DNA of 64,000 bases from contig CAWAOD010000005.1 in assembly GCA_963783575.1 (NCBI GenBank), positions 352,001 to 416,000 on the forward strand. The letters run 5' to 3'. Below the pieces are notes generated by a model. It had not been told where the DNA came from, did no database searches, and saw only the letters and a program-made list of their open reading frames with translations. Position numbers and translations under genes: made by a program. Below are positions 50,145 to 61,879 of the stretch, piece by piece; positions within the stretch are counted from its first letter, which is position 1; the number at the start of each line of letters is the position of its first letter. This stretch comes from an uncultured Spirochaetota bacterium (lineage in GTDB: Bacteria > Spirochaetota > Brevinematia > Brevinematales > JAOACQ01).

Positions 50145-52835
50145 TTATCCCTGTTCAATGACCGTCTTCAGCCGGTTTTTCAGTTCATCCGTATCGCCGG
50201 TATTTAAAGTCTGGTTTATTACAGCTTCAAAAACATCCTTTACATACCATCCTGCAGTATCAATGATAGCGTTTGAAATCTCTATATTATTCTGCGCCAA
50301 AAAAGATGTAATATCGTAAAGCAGGGCAGGCCTGTCCGTACATGAAATATCGAATTTGTAAAAATTACCGGTTGTTCCGTCAATAATAATTTCTGTCTTT
50401 CTGTGGAAAATGGAATTGACAGGTTTTAATTTCTTCTTAAATTCATATATAACCTTTGATAATTTATTATAATCATCTTTGTATTCCATGAATAATTTAT
50501 CAAGATTTTCCTTCCATATCCTTAGTTCTTCCTTCATACTGTGCTCGGTAAAATCCAGGCCGAACAGCCTTATGATGTAAAATTCGTCAAGCGCCGTGTT
50601 TTCAAATGTATGAATATCCGCCCTTACTACATCCGCTCCGTTAAGGAAAAGAATACCCGATAATAATGAAAAAAGACCGATTTTATCGGCGGCAAAAAAC
50701 TTAACCTTGAAGTAATCGTTGAAAGCCTTTATTTCAATCTTATAATTGATATTTGAAATTTCCCTTATGGTTTTATAATCGCTCAGGATATCTTCCTCAT
50801 CATTGGTCAGGATGTATTTACCGCTTATTTCACTTAAAAAAGTGTTAATTCTATCATCATTGAGTTTTTCAATTAATCTAACTGCTGTTGATTTAATCAA
50901 ATCGGCTTGATAATTCTCGTCGATTTTTCTGGAAAGCAGGCCTGATACGTTTCTATATACACGGTTAAGCAATTCTGCCATATAGCCTGAAAAGTTTTTG
51001 GGGTTCGTTGCATAGATATCAGAATATGTCAATAGAAAAAGGAAATCAAGATATTCAACCGGAAACGCCGTCATAAAAAATTCTTTTGCAAGGTCAAGCA
51101 GCAGCTGCATGCTCGATATGTCACTTCTTCTGATAATATTTGAAAGCAGCAAATGGTTATTTATCAGGAATAAAATTGCCTTTTTATATGAAGTATAAAT
51201 GGGAATTTTCTTAAAAATCTCGTCAGCCATTTCCACGCCATTTTTAGCATGGTCTCCGTTGTAGGTCTTTCCTATATCATGAAGAATAAGGCAGAATTTA
51301 ACGACCCAGATATTATCCCTGTAATTTATTGCCGTTTCCTGAAGAATCACGTATTTCAGCCTTTCGGATTCTTTGATTTCCTTTGTATAAAGTGATTCTA
51401 AAGCCCTGACGGCCTCTATGGAATGCTGGTCAACGGTATATTTATGAAAAGGGTTGTGAAGAATCATATGCTTAATTTTACCGAATAAAGGAATATAGCG
51501 GTAAATAAATCCTGAAAGTTTCAAGACTGTAAGAGCTTCATAGGAATTTCCCAGATTTAGGATATTTTTGAATTGATTGAAAATCTCTCTGGATGATCTT
51601 TCCTTATCCGTAATGAGGAATGAACTTTCTTTTAAATATTGTATTAGACTAAATGAATAGAAATTTTTATTCTGAGTGTATAATGATATAAATTCAAGGG
51701 CTTTTTCAATAGAAGGTTTTATTTCTTTATTAATATAAAACTGATTATTTATAATGAAGTAATCCGTTAATTTATTTTTATCATAAAATAAAATTTCCTT
51801 CTTTTTTTCCTTAAAAAATTTAATATTTATTTCTTCCATCATATATAAAAGTATCAATTGAATATCCGAAGCCTTCTCATAATAATGCTTCATCAGGCGC
51901 CTGATTTTACTGTATTCATCACCTTCCAATTCCAGATAATTTGCAACATCGGAATGATAATCCAGATAAAGATTGTCCTCTTTCCTTTGATTTATAAAAT
52001 GAAGCATATTCCGGATATAAAGTATAAAGTCATACGCTATTGAAAGCTTACGAAAATATATTTTTGGCAGGCTTTCTTTCAATCCTTCAAGCCCTCTTTG
52101 GTTATAGAGAGCAAAATTAAGCCATTCCATTAAATGTACACTTCGCAGGCCACCGGAATTATTTTTAAGGTTCGGTTCCTTCAACAAAACCTCATTGGAC
52201 GGCTGGCTTTCAGGGTTAAGGAATATTCTTCGGATTTCTTCAACTTTTGATTTTAAATAATCTTTTCTTGTTCGCTTAAGGATTTTTGCAATTGTTGGGT
52301 TTAATTTTTGAAAAAGTTCATAATCTCCCGCCAGGAATCTTGCTTCGAATATAGAAGTAAGGAAAGTCTCATCTGTCATTCCCTGTTCCATTACATTTGA
52401 TAGTGTCCGGGTACTGCTTCCCAAATGATAGTTCATGTCCCATAAATAATAAAGAAAAATCTTTGCAAATTCTTCTATTTTTATACCATCCGAGTAAAGG
52501 AGTAAAATATCTACATCCGAGTACGGTGAAAGCTCAGATCTGCCGTATCCTCCGACTGCAATAACGGTAATTTCTTTTGGAACACCTCCTATAGCTTCAA
52601 TTACCTTTTTTATAATGGCATCCTTTAAGCTACTGAGTTGTCCTGAGATAAGGAGTCCCTTCCCAGATCTCCATTTTTTAAAGTTTTCAATTTTAAGATA
52701 ATCATACGCTTTTTTTTCAATGGATAGTACCGATTGAATAATTTCATTCCTTGGAAGAGTATATTTTAAGTTATTTATTTCCGCTATAAAATCATTAAAT
52801 TCCATAAATCCTTCATAAAATAACAAAAGCGGCAT
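50145..52835 (-). CDS. glnD: PII uridylyltransferase / uridylyl-removing enzyme
   Basis: AVGGYGRSELSPYSDVD, EPNLKN.SGGLR, HKYTVDQH, LHDIGK, two ACT domains. Confidence 0.9.
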   Translation of the reverse strand: MPLLLFYEGFMEFNDFIAEINNLKYTLPRNEIIQSVLSIEKKAYDYLKIENFKKWRSGKGLLISGQLSSLKDAIIKKVIEAIGGVPKEITVIAVGGYGRSELSPYSDVDILLLYSDGIKIEEFAKIFLYYLWDMNYHLGSSTRTLSNVMEQGMTDETFLTSIFEARFLAGDYELFQKLNPTIAKILKRTRKDYLKSKVEEIRRIFLNPESQPSNEVLLKEPNLKNNSGGLRSVHLMEWLNFALYNQRGLEGLKESLPKIYFRKLSIAYDFILYIRNMLHFINQRKEDNLYLDYHSDVANYLELEGDEYSKIRRLMKHYYEKASDIQLILLYMMEEINIKFFKEKKKEILFYDKNKLTDYFIINNQFYINKEIKPSIEKALEFISLYTQNKNFYSFSLIQYLKESSFLITDKERSSREIFNQFKNILNLGNSYEALTVLKLSGFIYRYIPLFGKIKHMILHNPFHKYTVDQHSIEAVRALESLYTKEIKESERLKYVILQETAINYRDNIWVVKFCLILHDIGKTYNGDHAKNGVEMADEIFKKIPIYTSYKKAILFLINNHLLLSNIIRRSDISSMQLLLDLAKEFFMTAFPVEYLDFLFLLTYSDIYATNPKNFSGYMAELLNRVYRNVSGLLSRKIDENYQADLIKSTAVRLIEKLNDDRINTFLSEISGKYILTNDEEDILSDYKTIREISNINYKIEIKAFNDYFKVKFFAADKIGLFSLLSGILFLNGADVVRADIHTFENTALDEFYIIRLFGLDFTEHSMKEELRIWKENLDKLFMEYKDDYNKLSKVIYEFKKKLKPVNSIFHRKTEIIIDGTTGNFYKFDISCTDRPALLYDITSFLAQNNIEISNAIIDTAGWYVKDVFEAVINQTLNTGDTDELKNRLKTVIEQG

Positions 52836-52900
52836 TGGCTATCCAATGCCGCGGTAGTTTTCTGAGTTATTATAAAATAGATAGTCTTAAATTACCATCT

Positions 52901-53239
52901 TTAGATAGCTATTTCCCCGCGTTCTTTTGTCCTGACACGAATAACATCGGTTATTTCCGATATAAATATTTTTCCATCGCCGATCTGTCCTGTTCCGGCA
53001 ATTTTGATAATCGCATCTATGATATCTTCCGCTTTATCATCTGAAGAAACAACTTCAATCTTGATTTTAGGAACGAATTTAATATCATACTCCCGTCCCC
53101 TGAAAAGTTCTTTCATGCCCTTCTGACGGCCATGTCCCTGAACTTCTGTATAATTCAAGCCGGCATAACCAAGATCGCTTAATTCTTCAACAATGGCTTC
53201 CAATTTATCAGGCCGGATAATCGCTTCTATTCTCTTCAT
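52901..53239 (-). CDS. glnK: PII nitrogen regulatory protein
   Basis: EAIIRPDKL, GHGRQKG...RGREY, TGQIGDGKIF; downstream of amtB. Confidence 0.93.
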   Translation of the reverse strand: MKRIEAIIRPDKLEAIVEELSDLGYAGLNYTEVQGHGRQKGMKELFRGREYDIKFVPKIKIEVVSSDDKAEDIIDAIIKIAGTGQIGDGKIFISEITDVIRVRTKERGEIAI

Positions 53240-53275
53240 ATTTAACCTCCATAATTAATCTTTATTTTTAATTAA

Positions 53276-54620
53276 TCAATTTGCTTCGATTTGTTCGCCA
53301 TGCTGGCTTAAATCAAGGCCGCTAACCTCTTCCTCAGGTTTCGTCCTTAATCTTCCCCCGGTTATAAGATTTGTGAGGAATAAGCATATAAGGGTTCCGA
53401 TAATTGCAATTAAGACTGCGGCCAGGATTGAAACAAGTTGAATTCCAATTTGGCCCGGATTTCCGGCAATTGCACCTTTTCCCGCAGAGTTGATGGACGG
53501 GATGGCAAAAATTCCTGTTGCCAGACTCCCCACATTCCTCCAAGTCCATGCACGCTGAAAACATCAAGGGCATCATCGTATTTGAACATATTTCTAAAAA
53601 CCGACATAAATGTAAATGAAATCATACTTACAACAATTCCAATAACCAGGCTCCTCCTACATCGACAAACCCGGAAGCAGGAGTTATTGCAACAAGCCCG
53701 GCCACAACCCCTGTAGATGCACCGACAACTGTAGGTTTTTTATGAACAAGCCATTCCAGGATCATCCATGTGAGGGCAGCCATTGCCGCCGCTGTATTTG
53801 TAACAAGGAACGCGCTTCCTGCTAGGCCGTTTCCTGCAACTGCGCTTCCTGCATTGAAGCCAAACCATCCTACCCACAACAGAGCGGCTCCGATAAAGAT
53901 GTAGCCTATGTTTGCCGGCGGGTTTACCGGATTTTTCCTAAAGCCGATTCTGGGCCCAAGAAATAATACTGCAACTAGTGCCGATACTCCTGACGAAGTG
54001 TGTACAACAAGTCCTCCGGCAAAATCCAGTGCGCCTTTATGAAAAAGCCAGCCTTCAGGATTCCAGACCCAGTGCGCCAGAGGCGTATAAACTATAAGCG
54101 ACCAGAGGATTGTAAATACAAACCATCCTACAAAACTCATCCTCTCAGCAATTGCGCCTGATATCAGGGCTACTGTTATAATTGCAAACATCAACTGGAA
54201 CATTGAATAAGCGAATTCAGGAACTGTTGGCGCATTCGGATGAACCGAATTGACCGTAATGCCATGCAAAAAAGCGGATTTCAATGTCCCGAACCATTCA
54301 TAAAATCCTGTGACTTTAGTTGGATCTGTCGAAGTTGTTGTAAAAATCAGGCTGTACTGCCCGATAACCCAAAGCAGGCTGACAATGATGGCCGCGGAGA
54401 AACTGTAATATATGGTAGAAAGGATATTTTTCTTTCTTACCATACCACCGTAAAACAGGGCCAGTGCAGGCACTGTCATCATCAGTACCAGAGCAGCGGA
54501 TGTTAAAACCCAGGCTGTGTCTCCGGAATTTACTGCCGGAACCGGAGCCGATTCCCCGGCAAACAACCCGGCCAGAGGCAGCATAATTAAGGTTAAAACC
54601 AAGAAAATCTTACTCATCAT
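53276..54620 (-). CDS. amtB: Ammonium transporter, with two apparent 1-bp deletions (near 53649 and 53528)
   Basis: FQLMFAIIT, DFAGGLVVH, LWVGWFGFNAGS, GLVAITPA, DDALDVFSVHG, GLDLSQHGE across three frames. Confidence 0.92.
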
Positions 54621-54653
54621 AAAAATTCTCCTTTATAATAATATTATAATTAT

Positions 54654-54670
54654 TGCAAAAGTGATGCCAA
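54654..54670 (-). promoter_or_regulatory. sigma54 (-24/-12) promoter of amtB-glnK
   Basis: Minus strand TTGGCATCACTTTTGCA: GG-N10-GC spacing, about 35 bp upstream of amtB. Confidence 0.75.
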
Positions 54671-55052
54671 TGATCAAAAATAAATATCAAAAATATTTAA
54701 TTATATATTCAGCAATAAAATAGATAATCACATAATGCAATATTATTGATTAAATTATGCCCGCAATTAAATATAATATGTATATTTATTAATCAATAGT
54801 CTAATTTAGTGGTTATATAATAACCATTTCTTGGTATAATGTTATTGAATTTATAAAAAATCATTTAGTGAATTGATTATTTTGACATATATGAATATAT
54901 TGAATAAATTAAATTTGATTTATATTATTGCTATATAACATAAATTATCTAAAATTAAATTAGAATTTTGATTTTAGAATAAGATGCAACCAGCTATTGC
55001 AAAATGAATTGAGATGTAAGATCAGTTTACAAAAAGAACATTTTAATGATCA

Positions 55053-56493
55053 TTATATTTTCATTAAATTTTCTACAGCATAAGCAAGATTCAAAACTCC
55101 TTCCTCATCAAGGTTTTTACCTACTATTTGAGTACCAATCGGTAAGCCGGATTTAGCAAAACCGCTTGGAACCGAAATACCGGGTAGTCCGGCTAAATTT
55201 AATGAAATTGTAAAAATATCGGAAAGATACATCGATATCGGATCATTAATTTTCTCCCCGATTTTAAAAGCCGGGGTTGGAGATGTCGGACTAACAATAA
55301 AATCGACCTTTTCAAATGCCTTCTCAAAATCTTGTTTAATAAGAGTTCTGACCTTTAAAGCCTTTAAATAATAAGCATCATAATAACCTGCCGATAAAAC
55401 ATATGTTCCTAGCATAATTCTTCTTTTCACCTCAGTTCCAAAACCCTGTGATCTGCTTTTTTTATATAATTCCGAAAGGCTTTTTGCTTCAGCACGGAAT
55501 CCGTATTTAACCCCATCAAACCTTTCAAGGTTGGAACTCGCTTCCGCAGTCGCAACAATATAATATGTCGGAACAGCGTAATCCGTATGGGGAAGGCTTA
55601 TTTCAATAATTTCAGCTCCTTCGCTTTCAAGGTTTTTCAGGACATTTTTTATATTTTCATCAACGTCTCTGTCCATACCAGGAATCAGGTATTCTTTAGG
55701 AAACCCGACCTTTACCCCTTTAATGCTTTTTTTCAAGTTATACTTTTTAACCGGGATATCCAGGCTGGTTGAATCCAGAGGATCATATCCTGATATTGCG
55801 GATAAGATCATTGCGCAATCTTCAGTATTTCTTGTAATGGGTCCAATTTGATCCAGAGAAGATGCATAGGCCACAAGGCCGTATCTTGAAACAAGGCCGT
55901 ATGTTGGCTTCATACCTACAACTCCGCATAATGACGCGGGCTGCCTTATAGAGCCTCCCGTATCGCTGCCGAGTGCTGCCGGAGCCAGCTTCTCCTCCTA
56001 CAGCCGCTGCAGATCCGCCGGATGATCCTCCGGGTATTCTGTCCCTGTCGTAAGGATTTCTTGTTATACCGTAATATGAAGTTTCTGTGGATGAACCCAT
56101 CGCAAACTCATCCATATTGGTTTTACCCAGGGGTACCATGCCTTCATCAATTATTAACTTATTAATGACAGTCGCATTATAAGTTGCCCGGTAGCCTTCC
56201 AGGATCTTTGATGAGCAGGTTGTCGGAAATCCTTTTATATTCATATTGTCTTTAACGGCAATAGGAATACCGGTTAATGCTGTATGTTCTCCCTTCGAAA
56301 TTCTTTTATCGGCTCTTAACGACTGCTTAAGGGCATATTCATAGTATACATCAGTAAAAGCATTTAATGGCTTATCTCTTTTTTTATCTTTATCGATTTC
56401 ATCAAGATATGTCTTAACAATCTCAACGGATGACAGGCTTTTGTCCGACAATGCCTCTGAAAGCTCTTTAACGCTTAAATCCAGAATATTCAT
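55053..56493 (-). CDS. gatA: Glu-tRNA(Gln) amidotransferase subunit A, with an apparent frameshift near 55990
   Basis: [27 protein letters not shown], ([13 protein letters not shown]), [34 protein letters not shown]. Confidence 0.93.
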
Positions 56494-56527
56494 AAATAAC
56501 GGCTCCGGTATTTATTATAACATATTA

Positions 56528-57193
56528 TTATTTGTTTTTACCCTGTATCATATTGAGGATATTATTCTTATGCCTGATTATAATCAAAGCGGCTAAAATT
56601 ATTGTAAATAAAAGAATCACTATTCTTTTCGGTTCAATCAAATAAACGGAAAACGGAAAAGAAACAGCGGCGATTACTGATGATATGCCGACATTTTTCT
56701 GAAGATTTTTAAAAAACTTTATATCTTTTCTTTCATCCTGAGACATTGTTAATATTGTAAGGGCTCTGGCTGCAAAAAGTACAATAAGAAAAATTAAACC
56801 GGCCGTCGCAACTTCGTAAGGCGATATGATTATAAAAACGCCAACCGATGTTGTTACGCCTTTACCACCTTTAAAACCGAGGTATACAGGGAATATACTG
56901 CCTAAAATACAGGCAATTGCGGTAATCCCCATAGCTATGTCTAAGTCTAGATTCTGTACGCCGATAAACCTGATCAATATTATAAATAAAGCTCCTTTTA
57001 TTGCATCCATAATAAAGACAGGAAGGAACCCACCCAAAAAACCGAATTCACGGCTTACATTTGTGGCGCCGATATTTCCCGAACCGACTTTACGAATATC
57101 AACACCACGGATTCCTGCATAGACTAGGCCGAACGGAATAGAAGCAAAAAGATAAGACACAATTACACAGATTATAAATAATAATATATTCAT
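56528..57193 (-). CDS. plsY: Glycerol-3-phosphate acyltransferase
   Basis: DIRKVGSGNIGATN, DAIKG, FKGGKGV, RHKNNI. Confidence 0.93.
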   Translation of the reverse strand: MNILLFIICVIVSYLFASIPFGLVYAGIRGVDIRKVGSGNIGATNVSREFGFLGGFLPVFIMDAIKGALFIILIRFIGVQNLDLDIAMGITAIACILGSIFPVYLGFKGGKGVTTSVGVFIIISPYEVATAGLIFLIVLFAARALTILTMSQDERKDIKFFKNLQKNVGISSVIAAVSFPFSVYLIEPKRIVILLFTIILAALIIIRHKNNILNMIQGKNK

Positions 57194-57256
57194 AAATCTA
57201 CCTCTCAGACCTATCCTGTTAAATTCTTATAATTCTTCAAGAATTCTTCATTATAA

Positions 57257-59323
57257 TTATTCAACAACAATCTTTTCAAAATCGATAAATTTCATAAACA
57301 GCCGGTCTATCATCGCTAAAAGAGAAATCCTGTTGTTCTTTAAATCTTTATTTTCGTCCATTACAAGGACATCATCAAAAAACTTATCCACAGAAGGCTT
57401 AAATGAGGTTAAAATGGAAACACATAGTCCATAATCCTTTTTTAGAAGAGCCTCTTCAAAAAACTTTTCATTTTCAAGATAAACTTTATTAAGTTCCTTT
57501 TCCGCCTCTTCCTTCAGCAATTTCTCACTAAAGTCAGTCTTATCCATGCCTTTGATAATATTTTTTACCCTTTTAAAGGCTATAGCAAGGTTTATAAAAT
57601 TCTCGGAAATCCTGGCAGTGTGTATTGCGTTGATTCTTAGATAGGTATCGTAAATGTCGGAAACATTAGAAGTAATACCCGCATCAATTTCATCGAAATC
57701 AAAATGATATTCTTTCAAAACAGTTTTAATTCTGGAAGTCATAAAATCCAGAATTTTATTTTTAAAATCGTCTTTATCTAACGATAAAAATCCTTCATAA
57801 AGAGAAATAATTTTATTCATAAGAACGCTTATATCAAGGTTAATTTTTTTATCGATTAAAATACGTATAATACCTAGTGTTTGCCTTCTTAAACCGAAAG
57901 GATCTTTTGACCCTGTAACGGTATTCCCTTTAGAGTACATAGCGAAGAGATTATCGAACCTGTCCGAAAGAGATACAAGCAGACCCTCCTTTATGGAAGG
58001 CAGATTATCGCCGCTGAATTTCGGAAGATAATGCTCTTTTATTGAAATCGCAACATTTATATTTTCAAATGAATTTAGCGCATAGTAATAACCTATGATT
58101 CCCTGCAATTCCGGAAATTCATTAACCATACTGGTTACAAGATCGGCTTTACACAGGAATGCGCTCCTTAGAGCGAGACTAAGCACTTCGTTACAGCCCA
58201 TCATTTCCGATAAAATAGCGGTTATCTGCTGGATTCTGTTAACCTTGTCGAACATAGTTCCCAGACCTTTTGCGTATAGAACATTCTTAAGTTCGGGTAT
58301 ATATTCCTCCAGCTTCTTTTTTCTATCCTCATCGAAAAAAAACTTGCCATCGCTGAAACGTGCATGAATAACCCTTTCATTTCCTTTTACAATAATACTA
58401 TTGGGCTTTGTATTTGTTATTATTATAAACCGGTTAATCAAATCCCCGTTCCCATTCTCAAGAGGTATATATTTTTGATGCTCTATCATCTCCGAGATTA
58501 GAACTTCCTTAGGGAGTTTTAACATTTCTTCATCAAAAGTTCCAGTTGCTGCATTCGGGTATTCGGTTAGATTTATAAGGGTATCCAGAAGATTCTCGCT
58601 AAGAACGGGTTTTGCATTAAGTTGTCCGGAAGTTTTATTAACAAGGTCTATGATCATTTTTTTTCTTTCATTTTGATCGGTTATTATGTTTTTCTCCCTC
58701 AACCTGTCCAGATATTCACCGGCATTGCAGATTTTAACAGGTCCATTACTGAGAAGCCTGTGACCATAAGTCAGTTTATCGGATGAAACGCCGCCAAGGC
58801 TTAAATCAATCTTCCTTTCTCCATATAAAGCCGCAATCCATCTGATCGGACGGACAAAGCTCATCTTTCCTCCGCCCCATTTCATGGTTTTTGGGAATGA
58901 TATCGATAGTATGGTATTTTTATAAACATTCGGTAATACTTCTTCTGTCCGCTTTCCCCCATATTTTTTTTCAATAAAAACATATTGAATCCCCGATACG
59001 TCTTTTTTTAAAATATCCTCAATATTAGACTGATTCGATGACAGGAATCCTTCTAATGCCCTGGTAGGTTTATTATTCTCATCAAAAGCAGCCTTAACAG
59101 ACGGCCCTTTTTTTTCAATAAATTTCTCTTTGGTTTTATCCTCAACACCTGTCATACAAATGCATAATCTACGGGGAGTTCCATAAACACTAATATTTTC
59201 ATAGTTAATTCCCTCAAAGCTAAGTTTTTCGATTATGTTAACATTTAATTGCCGGATTGTTTCCGTTAGAACCTCATGTGGAATTTCTTCAAGCCCCAAT
59301 TCAAATAAAACATTCTCTTTCAT
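57257..59323 (-). CDS. glyS: Glycine-tRNA ligase beta subunit
   Basis: LFELGLEEIP, GTPRRL, FPKTMKWG, FVRPIRW, EFPELQG, GSKDPFGLRR. Confidence 0.95.
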   Translation of the reverse strand: MKENVLFELGLEEIPHEVLTETIRQLNVNIIEKLSFEGINYENISVYGTPRRLCICMTGVEDKTKEKFIEKKGPSVKAAFDENNKPTRALEGFLSSNQSNIEDILKKDVSGIQYVFIEKKYGGKRTEEVLPNVYKNTILSISFPKTMKWGGGKMSFVRPIRWIAALYGERKIDLSLGGVSSDKLTYGHRLLSNGPVKICNAGEYLDRLREKNIITDQNERKKMIIDLVNKTSGQLNAKPVLSENLLDTLINLTEYPNAATGTFDEEMLKLPKEVLISEMIEHQKYIPLENGNGDLINRFIIITNTKPNSIIVKGNERVIHARFSDGKFFFDEDRKKKLEEYIPELKNVLYAKGLGTMFDKVNRIQQITAILSEMMGCNEVLSLALRSAFLCKADLVTSMVNEFPELQGIIGYYYALNSFENINVAISIKEHYLPKFSGDNLPSIKEGLLVSLSDRFDNLFAMYSKGNTVTGSKDPFGLRRQTLGIIRILIDKKINLDISVLMNKIISLYEGFLSLDKDDFKNKILDFMTSRIKTVLKEYHFDFDEIDAGITSNVSDIYDTYLRINAIHTARISENFINLAIAFKRVKNIIKGMDKTDFSEKLLKEEAEKELNKVYLENEKFFEEALLKKDYGLCVSILTSFKPSVDKFFDDVLVMDENKDLKNNRISLLAMIDRLFMKFIDFEKIVVE

Positions 59324-59525
59324 GTATTTCCCCTGTATAATTCATTATGGATAAGGTTTATTATAAAAAAAAGATCAGAAAAACACCACTTTTTTATTCT
59401 TTGTTCCATCCGATCAATAAATTATTAAATTTGATTTTTAATTTATTGATTGACAAACAGTACTATATAATGTAACATTCTAGAGACTTATATTTCTTTT
59501 CATAACTATATAAAACAGGGTTTTT

Positions 59526-61859
59526 ATGGTAAAAAAAAGATTCACACTGGGATTTCAGATTAATGAGCTTGATTCAGGGTACACTTCAAAAATTCTGGAT
59601 GGTGTTAATAAATTTACCCAAAATAATGACTGCAATCTGTTAGTCTTTCCCGGAAGATCCCTTGATATTCCATATGATTCTGATTATCAAAATAATGTAA
59701 TTTATGAATATATTTCTCAAAACAATGTAGATGCATTAATAATGTTATCAAGCATTCTCTGCAATTTTGTATCAATGGATGAATTGCCAAAATTCCATAA
59801 AAGAATTAAAGGAATCCCTATTATAAGTATCGGTATTGAACTGGAAGGAATACCAAGCATCGTTATTGACAACAGAAAAGGATTATATGATGAAATATCT
59901 CATTTAATAGAAGATCATGGCCGCAGGCGGATCGCATTTATTACTGGTCCGGATAACAATCCCGAAGCACAATTAAGACTGGATACATATAAGAAAGCGC
60001 TTACCGATCATGATCTTCCGGTCGACCAGTCAATAATATTTCCCGGTGATTTTACTCCCGGGGGAGCAGAGATTATTGTTAATAATCTGATAAGGTCAAA
60101 CAAAATTAAATTCGATGCATTAGTTGGGGCGAACGACGATTCCGGAATAAAAGCGGCTGAAATTCTTATGGATCATGGGTTCCATATTCCTTCTGACATA
60201 GCCGTTGCCGGTTTTGACAATATTGAGAAAGCCCAATTTATGATTCCAACATTCACAACAGTTGAACAGCCATTGATGGAAGAGGGAATGAAAGCGGCTG
60301 AAATAGCCCTGGCCATGCTTAATAACGGAAAAGTTCCATTAATAACAACGCTGCCTACAAAAATGATAAAAAGGTCTTCATGCGGATGTTTACCTTCTTC
60401 ATTATCATATAGTGATGATGATTTTATTTACCAAAAAGAAAATACTTCAGCCAATTTATCATCAAAAGTATTTTCTTCATCGGCCTTGGTAATTCAGAGA
60501 GCGGTTGAATCACTGAAGATCCCTGATTTTGAGAAGAAAAACCATATTAAAAGACTGACGCCTCTCCTGGAAGATCTGGTAAAAATTTTAATAAAAGATC
60601 ATTTTACTGAAATCGCAGCCAATCGTTTTGTAATTAAATTCAATCAAATTCTGGAAAATGAAGTGAAATCCGGGAACACGGTTCTGATCTGGCAGGAAAT
60701 AATCAAGATATTCCATAATGAATTGCTGAGTCTCAACCCGGACAGGCAGGAGACAGATTTTATAGAGAAACTTTTGCTGAAGTCCCGGGTTATTTTAAAT
60801 GAAATATTTGTTTTACAGGAAACTTCCATCCGCTATGAATTTAAAGAAAAATTATATACCATCAGGGATATATCAAAGAGATTGATTAATATTCTTGATG
60901 AGGATGAGCTTATTGAAAAGCTTTATAGAATCTTTCCTGAGCTGTCTATACACTGCTGTTATATTTCAAAATATAATAAAGTTATAGTTCATAAGCGCTA
61001 TGATTCCTGGAAAATGCCTAATAAAGCAAGTTTGATCCTGGCTTATAAAGATGCTAAACAATTGGAAATTTCCCCAAAAAATCGGTATTTTTCCCCAAAA
61101 ATCAGTTTGATACCGCGCACATTCTTTCCTCATGATAGAAGCTATACATTCAACGTTGTTCCTTTGTTTCATAACGATGATCATTTTGGAATTATAATTT
61201 TTGAGATCGGTAATGCGGTTGGGGTTATTTATGAAACATTCACACTTCAAATAAGCAGTGTTTTTAAAAGCATCCATCTCTTTAATGAAAGGAAAAAAAC
61301 GGAAGAGAAATTAAAAAAGGTATTTATGGAACTGGAAGAATATAACCGGAGACTTAACAACCTTTCCCAAACAGATGAATTAACCGGGCTTTATAACCGC
61401 CGGGGTTTCATATCAATGGCTCAGCAGAACCTGGATCTGGCTCTTCGGATGGGTAAATCAGGATTGATTTATTTCGCAGATCTTGATGGTTTAAAAAAAA
61501 TTAATGACACATACGGCCATATAGAAGGAGATTTTGCAATTATCAAGGCATCTGAAGTTCTCAAAGCGACATTCCGGCATGTAGATATTATAGCGCGTTT
61601 AGGCGGCGATGAATTCACTGTTTTTACCATGGATTTAAATCTTGATTTTATGGGAGTCATTAAAAAAAGGCTGGAAAAAAATATTATTGAATGCAACCGG
61701 AATATTAATAAACCCTATAAAATATCTATTAGTATCGGCGCTGTTAAGTATTCGGATAAAGAGAACAATTCCCTTGAAATCCTTTTGGATAAAGCCGATC
61801 AAATACTCTATGAAGAGAAAAAGAAAAAGAAAAAACCCCAAGAAAAAAATGAAGTTTGA
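59526..61859 (+). CDS. Diguanylate cyclase with N-terminal LacI-type sugar-binding domain
   Basis: HGRRRIAFITGP, AVAGFDN, RSSCGC; DELTGLYNRRG, DLDGLKKINDTYGH, RLGGDEF. Confidence 0.9.
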   Translation: MVKKRFTLGFQINELDSGYTSKILDGVNKFTQNNDCNLLVFPGRSLDIPYDSDYQNNVIYEYISQNNVDALIMLSSILCNFVSMDELPKFHKRIKGIPIISIGIELEGIPSIVIDNRKGLYDEISHLIEDHGRRRIAFITGPDNNPEAQLRLDTYKKALTDHDLPVDQSIIFPGDFTPGGAEIIVNNLIRSNKIKFDALVGANDDSGIKAAEILMDHGFHIPSDIAVAGFDNIEKAQFMIPTFTTVEQPLMEEGMKAAEIALAMLNNGKVPLITTLPTKMIKRSSCGCLPSSLSYSDDDFIYQKENTSANLSSKVFSSSALVIQRAVESLKIPDFEKKNHIKRLTPLLEDLVKILIKDHFTEIAANRFVIKFNQILENEVKSGNTVLIWQEIIKIFHNELLSLNPDRQETDFIEKLLLKSRVILNEIFVLQETSIRYEFKEKLYTIRDISKRLINILDEDELIEKLYRIFPELSIHCCYISKYNKVIVHKRYDSWKMPNKASLILAYKDAKQLEISPKNRYFSPKISLIPRTFFPHDRSYTFNVVPLFHNDDHFGIIIFEIGNAVGVIYETFTLQISSVFKSIHLFNERKKTEEKLKKVFMELEEYNRRLNNLSQTDELTGLYNRRGFISMAQQNLDLALRMGKSGLIYFADLDGLKKINDTYGHIEGDFAIIKASEVLKATFRHVDIIARLGGDEFTVFTMDLNLDFMGVIKKRLEKNIIECNRNINKPYKISISIGAVKYSDKENNSLEILLDKADQILYEEKKKKKKPQEKNEV

Positions 61860-61879
61860 ATATCAAGTTGAAATCGATC

